The notes beneath the pieces were generated by a model. That model was not told the DNA's origin, searched no databases, and saw only the letters and a list, made by a program, of their open reading frames with translations. This document shows positions 9,408 through 17,721 of a stretch of 32,000 bases of DNA, one piece after another. Made by a program: the position numbers and the translations under genes. The first letter of the stretch is position 1. Every line of letters starts with the position of its first letter. This DNA comes from a bacterium (GTDB taxonomy: Bacteria; UBP7; UBA6624; JBBIMK01): positions 16,103 to 48,102 of the forward strand of contig JBBIMK010000017.1 in NCBI GenBank assembly GCA_037444445.1, in the 5' to 3' direction.

Positions 9408-10468
9408 AACTTCTGGTAGACGGCAAGAGTGGCGTCTGCTGTCTTCTCCCAGGTATACTGGGAGGCGCATTCCAGCCCCCTGACAATCAGCAACAGCCTC
9501 AGGTCAATGGAGGAATAGATTCGCTGGAGGGATAGAGCCATCTCCTCAATATCCAGGGGATTCACCAGGAGGGCGGCTCCGCTTAGCAACTCTAAAAAGG
9601 GGTCCCGGCGGGAAGCGATCACCGGACACCTGCACGCCATCGCTTCCAGAGGCGGGAAGCCGAATCCTTCCTCCAGAGTGGGGAAAAACAAAAGCCCTGC
9701 GGCGGAGTACAGGTCCACCAGTTCATCCCGTGTCACATATCCGGACAGAATGACTTTATCCTCCAGCCGTAACTGATGAATCAGCCTGCTCACTTCTTCC
9801 GCATAGGTCCCCTTTCGTCCGCCTGCGAGGAAGAGATAAGCGTCTCCCCCCCGCTGAAGAAAAAGTGAGTAGGCTTTCACCAGATTGAGGAGATTTTTTC
9901 GCTCTTCAAAACTCCCCACGAAAAGGATAAAATTTTTGACCTTCCAGCGAGAAAAAACCCGCTCTGATGCATCTTCCCGGTATGTAAACGCCCTGGAAAT
10001 GCCCGAGTGAATCACCGTGATTTTCCTCTCGGGAATTCGGAGGTATTCCACGAGATTGGTGCGAGTATACCCCGATACTGCAATGATGTGAGCGGCTTTT
10101 CTAAGGGATTGAGGGACAACTCTTCGCCAGTAGAATCGGGAGAGGGGAGTCCGCATGTACGAGGGGTATTTATAAACGGCGATGTCGTGTGCGGTAGCCA
10201 CGCAACAACCGGAATAAAAAAATGGCAGAGAGAATCCGGGAGAATGAAACACCCGGGGACGGTGGCGATGCAGGTGAGCCAGAACCCCCGCTTGCTCCCA
10301 ATAAAGGCGCTCTAAAATGGTCTGAATGGGCTTATCCGTGCGTCGGCGGGCAAGGATGAGATCCTCCCCCAGACGCTGTTTCAATGCCTCCGTTAGATAC
10401 TCGGTATACACTCCCACACCTGTGGATATACCGCCCACAGCCGTCTGGTAATCCAGCAGTATTTTCAT
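9398..10468 (-). CDS. family 1 (GT4-type) glycosyltransferase
   Basis: Starts MKILLDYQTAVGGISTGVGVYT and has the C-terminal EEGFGFPPLEAMACRCPVIAS motif typical of GT4. The track ORF extends to 10933, but that part overlaps the upstream GT2 gene out of frame and is low-complexity. Confidence 0.85.
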   Translation of the reverse strand: MKILLDYQTAVGGISTGVGVYTEYLTEALKQRLGEDLILARRRTDKPIQTILERLYWEQAGVLAHLHRHRPRVFHSPGFSLPFFYSGCCVATAHDIAVYKYPSYMRTPLSRFYWRRVVPQSLRKAAHIIAVSGYTRTNLVEYLRIPERKITVIHSGISRAFTYREDASERVFSRWKVKNFILFVGSFEERKNLLNLVKAYSLFLQRGGDAYLFLAGGRKGTYAEEVSRLIHQLRLEDKVILSGYVTRDELVDLYSAAGLLFFPTLEEGFGFPPLEAMACRCPVIASRRDPFLELLSGAALLVNPLDIEEMALSLQRIYSSIDLRLLLIVRGLECASQYTWEKTADATLAVYQKLCD

Positions 10469-10529
10469 TCGGAGGTAAAGAAGAACAGAAAAAGCCACCG
10501 AGTCGCTAACGGTTCGTGTGAAAAACAGG

Positions 10530-11483
10530 TCAATGGAGAACCTGAAAACGCTGGAGTATTTCCACATCCGTAAGGGCAGGAGTGGAAGGAGAACTGGCGG
10601 GGCGGGGGTGGGCCTCTTTCCATAATCTCCAGGCATCCTGAAATGCCAGAGGATATGCCAGGTCCAGCCTGGCTGGTGCATAAAAATTTTTGAGGATGGC
10701 AAAGGTGAAATGAAGCCTTCGCAGGGAGGGTGAGGTAAGATTTTTCCAGTGGAAGAGCAATTGATTTCGGTAGAACAGGCGAAGACGGGTGGACCGGGGG
10801 AGGGAAGAAAGGGTCTGCCCACGCCGATGGTAGACCGGAGGGGTGGGGCAGTGGAGTACCCGCATTCCCTGTTGATATGCCCGGAAGGATAAATCCACAT
10901 CTTCCCAGTAGGCAGGGGAGTAGAGGAGGTCAAACCCGCCCAGGCGCTGAAAGGACTCTCTTCGCGTCAGGAAGCAGGCGCCCGTTGCCCAGGCTACTTC
11001 ATACGGCTTCCCGGGGATGAGAGGGGAGGGGTCGCCCTCCGCTACTCCCCACACAAACCCCTTCCTGAAGTGAAAGCCCGTGCGGGCTTCATCCGTTAGA
11101 TGCCGATTTTTATAAGTTAAAACGCCAGGGGTGGCGGCGAAAACATCCTCCGCTTCCAGCGCCTGAAATAAGGGTTCCAGAAAGGGATGGGTCAGTTCCA
11201 CATCATCATTGATGAAAAGAATGTAAGGGGAAGAGGAAGCCCGGACCCCGGCATTGCACCCCGCCCCGTAGCCACTCTTCCCCGAGTACACGACCTTCTG
11301 AATTTTTCCATCCAGCAAGCCCGATTTTGACACAGAAGCCCCCGCATCGGGAGAAGAATGATGGAGACAGATGAAAATAGATTCCACCCTCTCTTTCTTC
11401 AGAACAGAAAGAAGGGAGGAGGAAAGAAGGAGGGAACGCTCTAAGTTCTCTGTGGGGATGACAATGGAAACCGGTGGGGGCAA
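10530..11483 (-). CDS. family 2 glycosyltransferase
   Basis: VSIVIPTEN..., YGAGCNAG, ILFINDDVEL and WEDVDLSFR are GT2 hallmarks. TTG start lies 4 nt after the upstream stop and no ATG precedes the VSIVIPT strand. Confidence 0.8.
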   Translation of the reverse strand: MPPPVSIVIPTENLERSLLLSSSLLSVLKKERVESIFICLHHSSPDAGASVSKSGLLDGKIQKVVYSGKSGYGAGCNAGVRASSSPYILFINDDVELTHPFLEPLFQALEAEDVFAATPGVLTYKNRHLTDEARTGFHFRKGFVWGVAEGDPSPLIPGKPYEVAWATGACFLTRRESFQRLGGFDLLYSPAYWEDVDLSFRAYQQGMRVLHCPTPPVYHRRGQTLSSLPRSTRLRLFYRNQLLFHWKNLTSPSLRRLHFTFAILKNFYAPARLDLAYPLAFQDAWRLWKEAHPRPASSPSTPALTDVEILQRFQVLH

Positions 11484-11487
11484 GAGG

Positions 11488-13383
11488 TCAAGGGGGTGGA
11501 CGGGGGACGAGCTTGATGTCTCCTACATCCGTGTTCACGCCTGTCACAACGGTAAAAACACGAGATTGAGATTCGTAGCCTTCCGCAGAAACATCCAGGG
11601 TATGAGTCCCTGGTGCAACAGCGGGGATGTAAAAGAATCCTCCGGCGGAGGTGAAGTCTCTTTGCCCGGTTTCCCGAATAATCACAAATGCACCATCAAT
11701 CGGGATGCCCGTTTCCCGGTCAATCACTCGGCCGGATACGGACCCTGTTCTCAATCGGGTTTTCGGTGTGATGCTCAGGTTAAGGGTTAAAATTTCGCCC
11801 GGAATGATGTCAAATTCCTTGGTGGTGGAGAAATAGTTCTGCTTGGAAGCGGCTATGGAACGGCGACCCGGAATCACACCGTTGAACGCATATCTCCCTT
11901 CCGCATCGGTGGTGGTAATCAGATTCCGGTTCCAGTCCTGAAGGATGACTGTGGCGCCCGGCACCGGCTTCCCAGTATCCGAGTCCGTCACCGTGCCCTG
12001 AATACTGCCGGGTACTACATTGACCGGCAACTCCTTGAAAACAATATACAGGTCCTCCACGAATGAACCCGTTTGAGGGTCTGTTCCCCGGTCAATAACC
12101 CAGATTCTTCCATAAGGGTCCACAAAAACCTCTACAGGACCAGCGAAAGTGGTGGTCGTTACACCCCGGTTTACCGATTCATCCCCCTCCACAATCACAT
12201 CCTTAAAATCACCCAGGGAGTCAAACACCACCACCCGGTTGTTGATGTTATCCGCCACATAAACGGTGTTGGAGCCATCGGTTCGGTCCACAGCGATTCC
12301 CCAGGGAAATCGGAGATGGTCGTTGATGAGCCCGGAATTGGCTCCCAGCCTCCCTCTCATCATTGAAATTTCAATGGGACGGGGAGGAACATTCCGCATC
12401 AGTTCACCCAATAGGTCAGGTATTGGCTTGGTGTAGAAAATGGCATCCGAGCAGAAATCCGTGAGAACCATCCGATTGTTGGAGTCAAAATCAAAATCGG
12501 GAGTGCAATAAAGGTCACGCAACGGGAAAACACTGGTATCCACGATGTGAATGTCCCTGGGACCCCACGGTGGGTCCATACTATTCGTGATGGTCCCGCA
12601 GGTGGAATTACTGCAGTTGGGCCCAGAAGACCCCCGGATAAAATACTGAATGGTAGGACATCCTATATCGCAGGGGGGAACAGTGGCACAATTATTTGCT
12701 GGGTCTGTTGCTGTCGCTGTGCCACGGAAGAAAAGATTCCCGTAAATATCCCACTCAAAACCCAAACCGATATGGAGTCCACCACTCAACGGGTCCAGCG
12801 GAGGCCCTTCAATGTTCAGAATGAAAGAGTCCTGGGGTCCACCCAGATTTGTATGGCTCCACCAGTCAAAGCCAGTCTGCCCGTCGCATAACTGTTGATG
12901 GTAAGGATTAGGCGCCACGACGAAGTGGTTGAGGGTATATAAAGAAGAGGTGGCGTCATCGTTCAGAACCATGAAGATTTCGCCACTGTTAATAAAATCG
13001 TTGACCGCATCCCCTTCAATATCGCTCCAGAACATCACTTCTCTGCCAAAGGTGTCAAAGATGTGAACGCCGGCATCATCCATAATCAGGATGGCAGAGC
13101 CGATTTCCGGGAAGAATTCTACAAACGCCACATCCCGTATGTTGGTATACTGGTTTTCCGCTTCACCACCCGGGGCTCCGGGCTGTGGCCGGAAGGGATT
13201 AAAGTTAAAGGTGCCAACACCGCCGGCGCCACCGCCAGGGTCGCCCGTGTGGTCCTCCCCGATACCCGGGATTCCCCCCTCGGGTGGAGGTTGACGGACG
13301 ACGACTCCTGTGTCGGGATTTTTGCAGGTTGAGAGGAAGAGAATTACCGCACCCACCAGTAAAAGAAGCCCCTTATTTTTCAT
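11488..13383 (-). CDS. lipoprotein with NHL-repeat beta-propeller and two CarboxypepD_reg-like domains
   Basis: MKNKGLLLLVGAVILFLSTC is a signal/lipobox-like N-terminus, with AAGGGGAG upstream of ATG 13383. NHL repeat: FPWGIAVDRTDGSNTVYVADNINNRVVVFDSLG. C-terminal GSIQGTVTDSDTGKPVPGATVIL...DAEGRYAF and GSVSGRVIDRETGIPIDGAFVII. An alternative ATG at 13422 shares one base with the upstream TGA. Confidence 0.65.
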   Translation of the reverse strand: MKNKGLLLLVGAVILFLSTCKNPDTGVVVRQPPPEGGIPGIGEDHTGDPGGGAGGVGTFNFNPFRPQPGAPGGEAENQYTNIRDVAFVEFFPEIGSAILIMDDAGVHIFDTFGREVMFWSDIEGDAVNDFINSGEIFMVLNDDATSSLYTLNHFVVAPNPYHQQLCDGQTGFDWWSHTNLGGPQDSFILNIEGPPLDPLSGGLHIGLGFEWDIYGNLFFRGTATATDPANNCATVPPCDIGCPTIQYFIRGSSGPNCSNSTCGTITNSMDPPWGPRDIHIVDTSVFPLRDLYCTPDFDFDSNNRMVLTDFCSDAIFYTKPIPDLLGELMRNVPPRPIEISMMRGRLGANSGLINDHLRFPWGIAVDRTDGSNTVYVADNINNRVVVFDSLGDFKDVIVEGDESVNRGVTTTTFAGPVEVFVDPYGRIWVIDRGTDPQTGSFVEDLYIVFKELPVNVVPGSIQGTVTDSDTGKPVPGATVILQDWNRNLITTTDAEGRYAFNGVIPGRRSIAASKQNYFSTTKEFDIIPGEILTLNLSITPKTRLRTGSVSGRVIDRETGIPIDGAFVIIRETGQRDFTSAGGFFYIPAVAPGTHTLDVSAEGYESQSRVFTVVTGVNTDVGDIKLVPRPPP

Positions 13384-13421
13384 CTTTCTCCCCTTATGGA
13401 TAAAGAATTTTTTGTATTCCA

Positions 13422-15275
13422 TCAGCCTCCGCCACCTCCGACGCCGCCACCTCCACCTCCGCCACCTCCGGTGCCTCCACCTCCACCTCCGCCGGTTCCA
13501 CCTCCCCCGGTTCCTCCCCCACCACCACTCTGGAAGGGGTCTACGGGCTTAAAAGTATACGGGCCAGAACTCCACTGGGCTCCCGGCAGGAGAACCATCG
13601 GACCGAACAGGATGGGGCGATATGCCGTCTGTTGCTGACTCCCACCTCCACCCGGTATAGAGGGAGTGGCACACGCTTCCAAACTGGCTTGCTGACCACC
13701 ACCACCACCCATCGTGCCTCCGGCATTGAGGCAAACGATTACCACACCCACGGGAGGAAAGATTTCCACAGTGCCCTGACTCGTCAGGTCGAAGGAAAAA
13801 TCTTGATTGGCTACCCCAAGACTGCGGAAGACGCCCGATACATCACCGGCAGATGGATGAGGGTCAGTGAAAGGAGAAGGTAGGTTGGGGTTTTTAACCT
13901 GAACCCGGGCAAACACACGCGCCACAGGAGGTTCGGTTATCGTAATACCTTCCGCCAGTGAACCCTCTACTGTGCTAATCCCCATCAGCGCCCGCGGGTG
14001 GATATTCGTGTAGAAAAACTGGGTTAATGGCTGGTCGTGAAACACCAATAGTACCTCGTCATTCGCCGTGAAAGAAAGATTATCCCAGTTGGAGGTGGTG
14101 ATAGCCACCTGTGGGTCAAGGATAAACGATTGTGGGTCAACGGCTACATATTTTAAGTTCATAAATCGGATGCGATAGGGCGGTTCATCCGAAAGGTCAA
14201 TCCCCAGTCCGGGAACGCCACTCAACGCATCGCTATGGCTTGCAAACCAGTAGGACGTAAGGGCAGGGCGGAAGAACTGGGAGCCACCGCCCTCCCGAAG
14301 AGCCACCACGCCATCAAAAATGCCGGACACATTGAATCCCCTATCCAGAAGGGATTGCACCCGATCGCCCATCGCAGAGTCGGTGAAATCGTGAATCGCA
14401 AATGCGGCAGATTGCTCCACCCCCGCAAAAACCTTGTCCGCTAACACTGCTTTTATGACGGAATTGCCCGGACCAAAATACAGGTCTAACCGGCTATTCC
14501 CCAGGTGAATGTCCAGATATTCAGAATGTTCCAGAGGCTTTGTGATGCCAAATAATCCGAACAGCATATCGGTAAAATCCGCCACAAAGGCATCCGCCAC
14601 TCTCTTGGAATCTATCACGACCACGAGACTATTGGAGAAGTGAAAGGTCCGAGCGGTGAAATTTCCGGTGGATACAATCACCCGTGGATTATTTGACTCC
14701 GCATCCACAATCATATACTTGGCGTGCATCTGGCGGTTCAGCAGGTCTCCGTCGTCCACCACCGTAATCCCATTCGCCACCAGGCGGTCATAGAATGCCC
14801 GGTCGTTGTGCTTGACGCCGTTCAAGTCATACAGGGGGCTCCCGTCGGAATCCCGATAGAACTTCTCTGTCACGACTTCTATCTGCACACCCCGGAGACG
14901 AGCAGAAATGAGTGCATCCACTACCTCATTCAAATTGATTTCCGGTATCGCCAGGCGAATGCTTCTCGTGGCCTGGTTGATGTAATCCACGATGTCAAAC
15001 TGTCGCCTCACCCGGTCCGGGAACTGGAGTTTAATCTGGTCCAGAAAGAGCCCGAAATCTGTCACCACCGTAGGGGCTTGCATGGGTTCTAAATCGGGGT
15101 CAATGAAAGCCACCCCAAAATGCAGGCGGTCCATGGAGGTGGGAGTTCCTACCAGCGGAGGCTGAGGTGCCCGAAATAAACTGTCTATTATGGGCCCTCC
15201 CGGATTCCCACACCCCCACGCTACCACCACGATGAGAAAAATTAACCCCTTCCTCCAGTTTCCTCCCTTCCTCAT
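13422..15275 (-). CDS. phospholipase D-superfamily (HKD) lipoprotein with C-terminal poly-glycine tail
   Basis: MRKGGNWRKGLIFLIVVVAWGCG is a signal/lipobox-like start from ATG 15275, with GAGGTGG upstream. First HKD motif is HAKYMIVD...STGNFT. The second is degenerate: NLKYVAVD...TTSNWD. The C-terminal 34 residues are G/T/V only. Confidence 0.7.
   Translation of the reverse strand: MRKGGNWRKGLIFLIVVVAWGCGNPGGPIIDSLFRAPQPPLVGTPTSMDRLHFGVAFIDPDLEPMQAPTVVTDFGLFLDQIKLQFPDRVRRQFDIVDYINQATRSIRLAIPEINLNEVVDALISARLRGVQIEVVTEKFYRDSDGSPLYDLNGVKHNDRAFYDRLVANGITVVDDGDLLNRQMHAKYMIVDAESNNPRVIVSTGNFTARTFHFSNSLVVVIDSKRVADAFVADFTDMLFGLFGITKPLEHSEYLDIHLGNSRLDLYFGPGNSVIKAVLADKVFAGVEQSAAFAIHDFTDSAMGDRVQSLLDRGFNVSGIFDGVVALREGGGSQFFRPALTSYWFASHSDALSGVPGLGIDLSDEPPYRIRFMNLKYVAVDPQSFILDPQVAITTSNWDNLSFTANDEVLLVFHDQPLTQFFYTNIHPRALMGISTVEGSLAEGITITEPPVARVFARVQVKNPNLPSPFTDPHPSAGDVSGVFRSLGVANQDFSFDLTSQGTVEIFPPVGVVIVCLNAGGTMGGGGGQQASLEACATPSIPGGGGSQQQTAYRPILFGPMVLLPGAQWSSGPYTFKPVDPFQSGGGGGTGGGGTGGGGGGGTGGGGGGGGGVGGGGG
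13425..13526 (-). repeat. imperfect (GGN)n triplet tract encoding a 34-residue Gly-rich tail; 10 GGAGG motifs on the mRNA strand
   Basis: Codon-by-codon translation gives GGGGGTGGGGTGGGGGGGTGGGGGGGGGVGGGGG then stop. GGA-GGU codon pairing creates GGAGG ten times by my count, the last one 3 nt before ATG 13422. Confidence 0.9.
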
Positions 15276-15306
15276 TTTCACCACCTCTTTCTCCACTGAC
15301 ACTCTA

Positions 15307-15335
15307 ATCCTACAGGATAATTCTAAAAAAGTCAA
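15307..15335 (-). promoter_or_regulatory. sigma70-like promoter candidate for the PLD-like/NHL/GT operon
   Basis: On the minus strand, TTGACT (15335-15330), a 17-nt spacer, then TAGGAT (15312-15307). It lies about 30 nt upstream of ATG 15275. It assumes E. coli-like consensus applies. Confidence 0.35.
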
Positions 15336-15416
15336 CCCCCCCTCTACTCCTCGTGGCTTTTGCCCTGTGAACGGCTTTTTTCAATGGGTTTTCTCCCGTC
15401 CCTCTCGTTTCCCCTT

Positions 15417-17030
15417 TTACAGACTCCGCTGATAGGATGCGGGCTCGAGTTTCCACACAGGTATGCCACAGTAGCGTTCCCCTTCCGGGCAGAAGGGTCG
15501 CACACCGGCTAACTGGCGAACCCCGCAGGGGGGAAGCAGGTACCTTCCGATGCGGGGGTTCACCTCCTGTATCTGCAGAACCTCATTCAGGGAGGCTCGC
15601 CAGATTTCTTCCTGAGCGTTGTAGCACAAACGAAGCGTGTGCTTGTGCCAGAGATTCAGCAGGTCCGCCGTTTCCGTGAAGCGGATGGACACCGCATTGG
15701 GAAGAAGGTAACTCGCTTCCGCTACCCCCACACCCCTCTTTCGGAGAGAAAGGATTGCTTCCCAGACCCTCTCCATCGTCTCCTGATATAGCACTCGGGC
15801 TTCATCCCGCTTGAGAATAAGGTCGGGGGTAATATAATCGGGCTCTTCCGACAGATGGAACGACAGCAGGGGGCGGGATGCCGGTGTCATCCGATGCCTC
15901 TGGTCCTGAGAATCCGCCGTGTGAGACAGTTTCTTCCGAAAGGTCCAGGAAGGGTGAACCATTGCCCGGGAAAGCTTGGTCATGCTGGTGAGATTCAGGG
16001 ATTCTCCCAGATACCGGTTCTGAGAAGGGTCCATCACCAGCCGAATCGCTTCATCATCCGACATCGCCGACGAGGGTAGCCCCAGCACTTCCCGTACCGC
16101 CCGGGCTAACAGGATTTCATTCTCCGGTTTATAACTTACCAGTCTGGATACCTTCCCCTTCAGGCTTGCATCAAACTCCTCGCGGAAGGCTTTCTGATGT
16201 GGGTAAGCGGTAGCAGGCCACAGACAACCGGTTAGAGGCTGAAAAAAACGATACTCCGGGGTCTCTTCCAGAGGAATGGGCTCCTGTAGGATTTCTTGAT
16301 AAGAAGGGTCTGCTCGCAACAATTCGTCCCGCATCTTCTGAACCACCACCTTCTGCTCTACTGGCGCATCCAGTTGCTCACAAACCCGATGATACCGAAG
16401 CAAAGTGATGCCGTTAATCGTATGGTACATATAGGTAAAGGTGGCTACTGGAAGGAGATAACGGGCAATTTCTATGGCTTTTCTGTGAATCCCCCGACGC
16501 CACTTCCTGTTTTCCTGGCTACGCCCGGGAAAAATCTTAAAATATTCCGATTCTACCACGGGAAGTAACATTTCTGTCAGACGACGATACGCCTCCATCT
16601 GGAGGCGTATCGTGTCCTCATAGCGCCCCAGAGAATCCCCCTTCAAAGCCGGAATAAAATAGCTCCCGGGCTTCACTTCCACATACCGCTGGCTCACTTG
16701 TTCGGAATTGTAGAATGGATGACTGTGGAGGAAGGACCAGACGAAGTGACGGGAAATTTTATTGAGGGCAAACTGGAAGTGAGCATGCTGATAAACGGTA
16801 TGGTGCCCTGCCCGATAGATGTCCCGAGCCAGCCTGTTTCTCTTCTCTATGATGCTCTTTTTTTCTTCCGGCTCCTGCAGTTCATCCCCCGCCACCTCCT
16901 CCGGCGAGATTATCCCCCTGGAGGAGTAGCAGGTGCGAGCGGATGCGATGGCGAAATCAAACGGACGATAAAAACTATTCACCAGTATCACCTCCGGCTC
17001 GGGAGATAGAAATGAAGGCGTTTTCATCAT
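15417..17030 (-). CDS. thyX: ThyX-family (flavin-dependent thymidylate synthase-like) protein, tandem two-domain long form
   Basis: 537 aa. Half 1: GHHTVYQHAHFQFALNKISRHFVWSFLHSHPFYNSEQVSQRY. Half 2: HPSWTFRKKLSHTADSQDQRHRMTPASRP ... YLLPNAVSIRF ... RLCYNAQEEIW. Both resemble the ThyX core (HETPFEH..FTF..RHR..S..S.RY ... R....AQ.EI) as I recall it from T. maritima. Confidence 0.6.
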   Translation of the reverse strand: MMKTPSFLSPEPEVILVNSFYRPFDFAIASARTCYSSRGIISPEEVAGDELQEPEEKKSIIEKRNRLARDIYRAGHHTVYQHAHFQFALNKISRHFVWSFLHSHPFYNSEQVSQRYVEVKPGSYFIPALKGDSLGRYEDTIRLQMEAYRRLTEMLLPVVESEYFKIFPGRSQENRKWRRGIHRKAIEIARYLLPVATFTYMYHTINGITLLRYHRVCEQLDAPVEQKVVVQKMRDELLRADPSYQEILQEPIPLEETPEYRFFQPLTGCLWPATAYPHQKAFREEFDASLKGKVSRLVSYKPENEILLARAVREVLGLPSSAMSDDEAIRLVMDPSQNRYLGESLNLTSMTKLSRAMVHPSWTFRKKLSHTADSQDQRHRMTPASRPLLSFHLSEEPDYITPDLILKRDEARVLYQETMERVWEAILSLRKRGVGVAEASYLLPNAVSIRFTETADLLNLWHKHTLRLCYNAQEEIWRASLNEVLQIQEVNPRIGRYLLPPCGVRQLAGVRPFCPEGERYCGIPVWKLEPASYQRSL

Positions 17031-17096
17031 GGACTATGAACCAGGCAATTTAAATTTTTGAGGATTTCCACAGGGCATCACAGGCAGGGTTCTTTC

Positions 17097-17684
17097 TCAT
17101 CCACGAGCCCGGGAGTGAATCAGGGACAAGACTTCCGCACGGGATCTGGAATCTTCCTTAAACACCCCGGTGAGGGATGAGGTCACCATGCGTGCCCGGG
17201 ATTTCTTCGCCCCTCGCATCGCCACGCAGAGATGGAAACCATCCATCACCACCGCCACTCCCTTCGGCTCCAGAACCTCCTCTAAATACTCCGCAATTTG
17301 AACCGTCAGCCGCTCCTGAACCTGCAACCGCCGGGAGAAAACTTCTACCAGCCTCGGTATCTTGCTCAACCCGATAATCTTCCCCCCCGGAATATACGCT
17401 ATATGGCAGGTCCCAAAAAACGGGAGTAAATGATGCTCGCATAGACTGTAGAAATCCATATCCTTCACCAGAATGATCTCGTTATAACCACTCTTGAAAA
17501 TGGCTTTATTCGTCACTCGATTCGGGTCTAACCGGTATCCAGAAGTCAGTTCTTTATACATCTTCTCCACTCGTTCCGGCGTCTTCAATAAGCCCTCTCT
17601 ATCCGGATCCTCCCCCAGTTCCCGGAGAAGCCATCGGATACGCTCCTGAAATGCTTCATCCGCTGAAATTCTGATTCCCTTCAT
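17097..17684 (-). CDS. folE: GTP cyclohydrolase I
   Basis: 195 aa. CEHHLLPFFGTCHIAYIPGGKIIGLSKIPRLVEVFSRRLQVQERLT is the FolE active-site/signature region. Confidence 0.9.
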   Translation of the reverse strand: MKGIRISADEAFQERIRWLLRELGEDPDREGLLKTPERVEKMYKELTSGYRLDPNRVTNKAIFKSGYNEIILVKDMDFYSLCEHHLLPFFGTCHIAYIPGGKIIGLSKIPRLVEVFSRRLQVQERLTVQIAEYLEEVLEPKGVAVVMDGFHLCVAMRGAKKSRARMVTSSLTGVFKEDSRSRAEVLSLIHSRARG

Positions 17685-17721
17685 CTTTTTCTATCCCTTT
17701 CCTATCGGTTAGTCTCCATCT

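Noticed and set aside
10469-10933. N-terminal 155-codon extension of the GT1 ORF (track start 10933).
   Set aside because: It overlaps the upstream GT2 gene by ~400 nt in another frame and is P/S-rich nonsense. The GT4 fold begins at MKILLDY (ATG 10468).
13396-13638. Plus-strand ORF encoding a poly-proline protein (PPPPPTPPPPPPPPPVPPPP...).
   Set aside because: It is the antisense shadow of the (GGN)n tract at the end of the PLD-like gene. It has no RBS or plausible context, and the minus-strand frame continues a 600-aa protein with recognisable domains.
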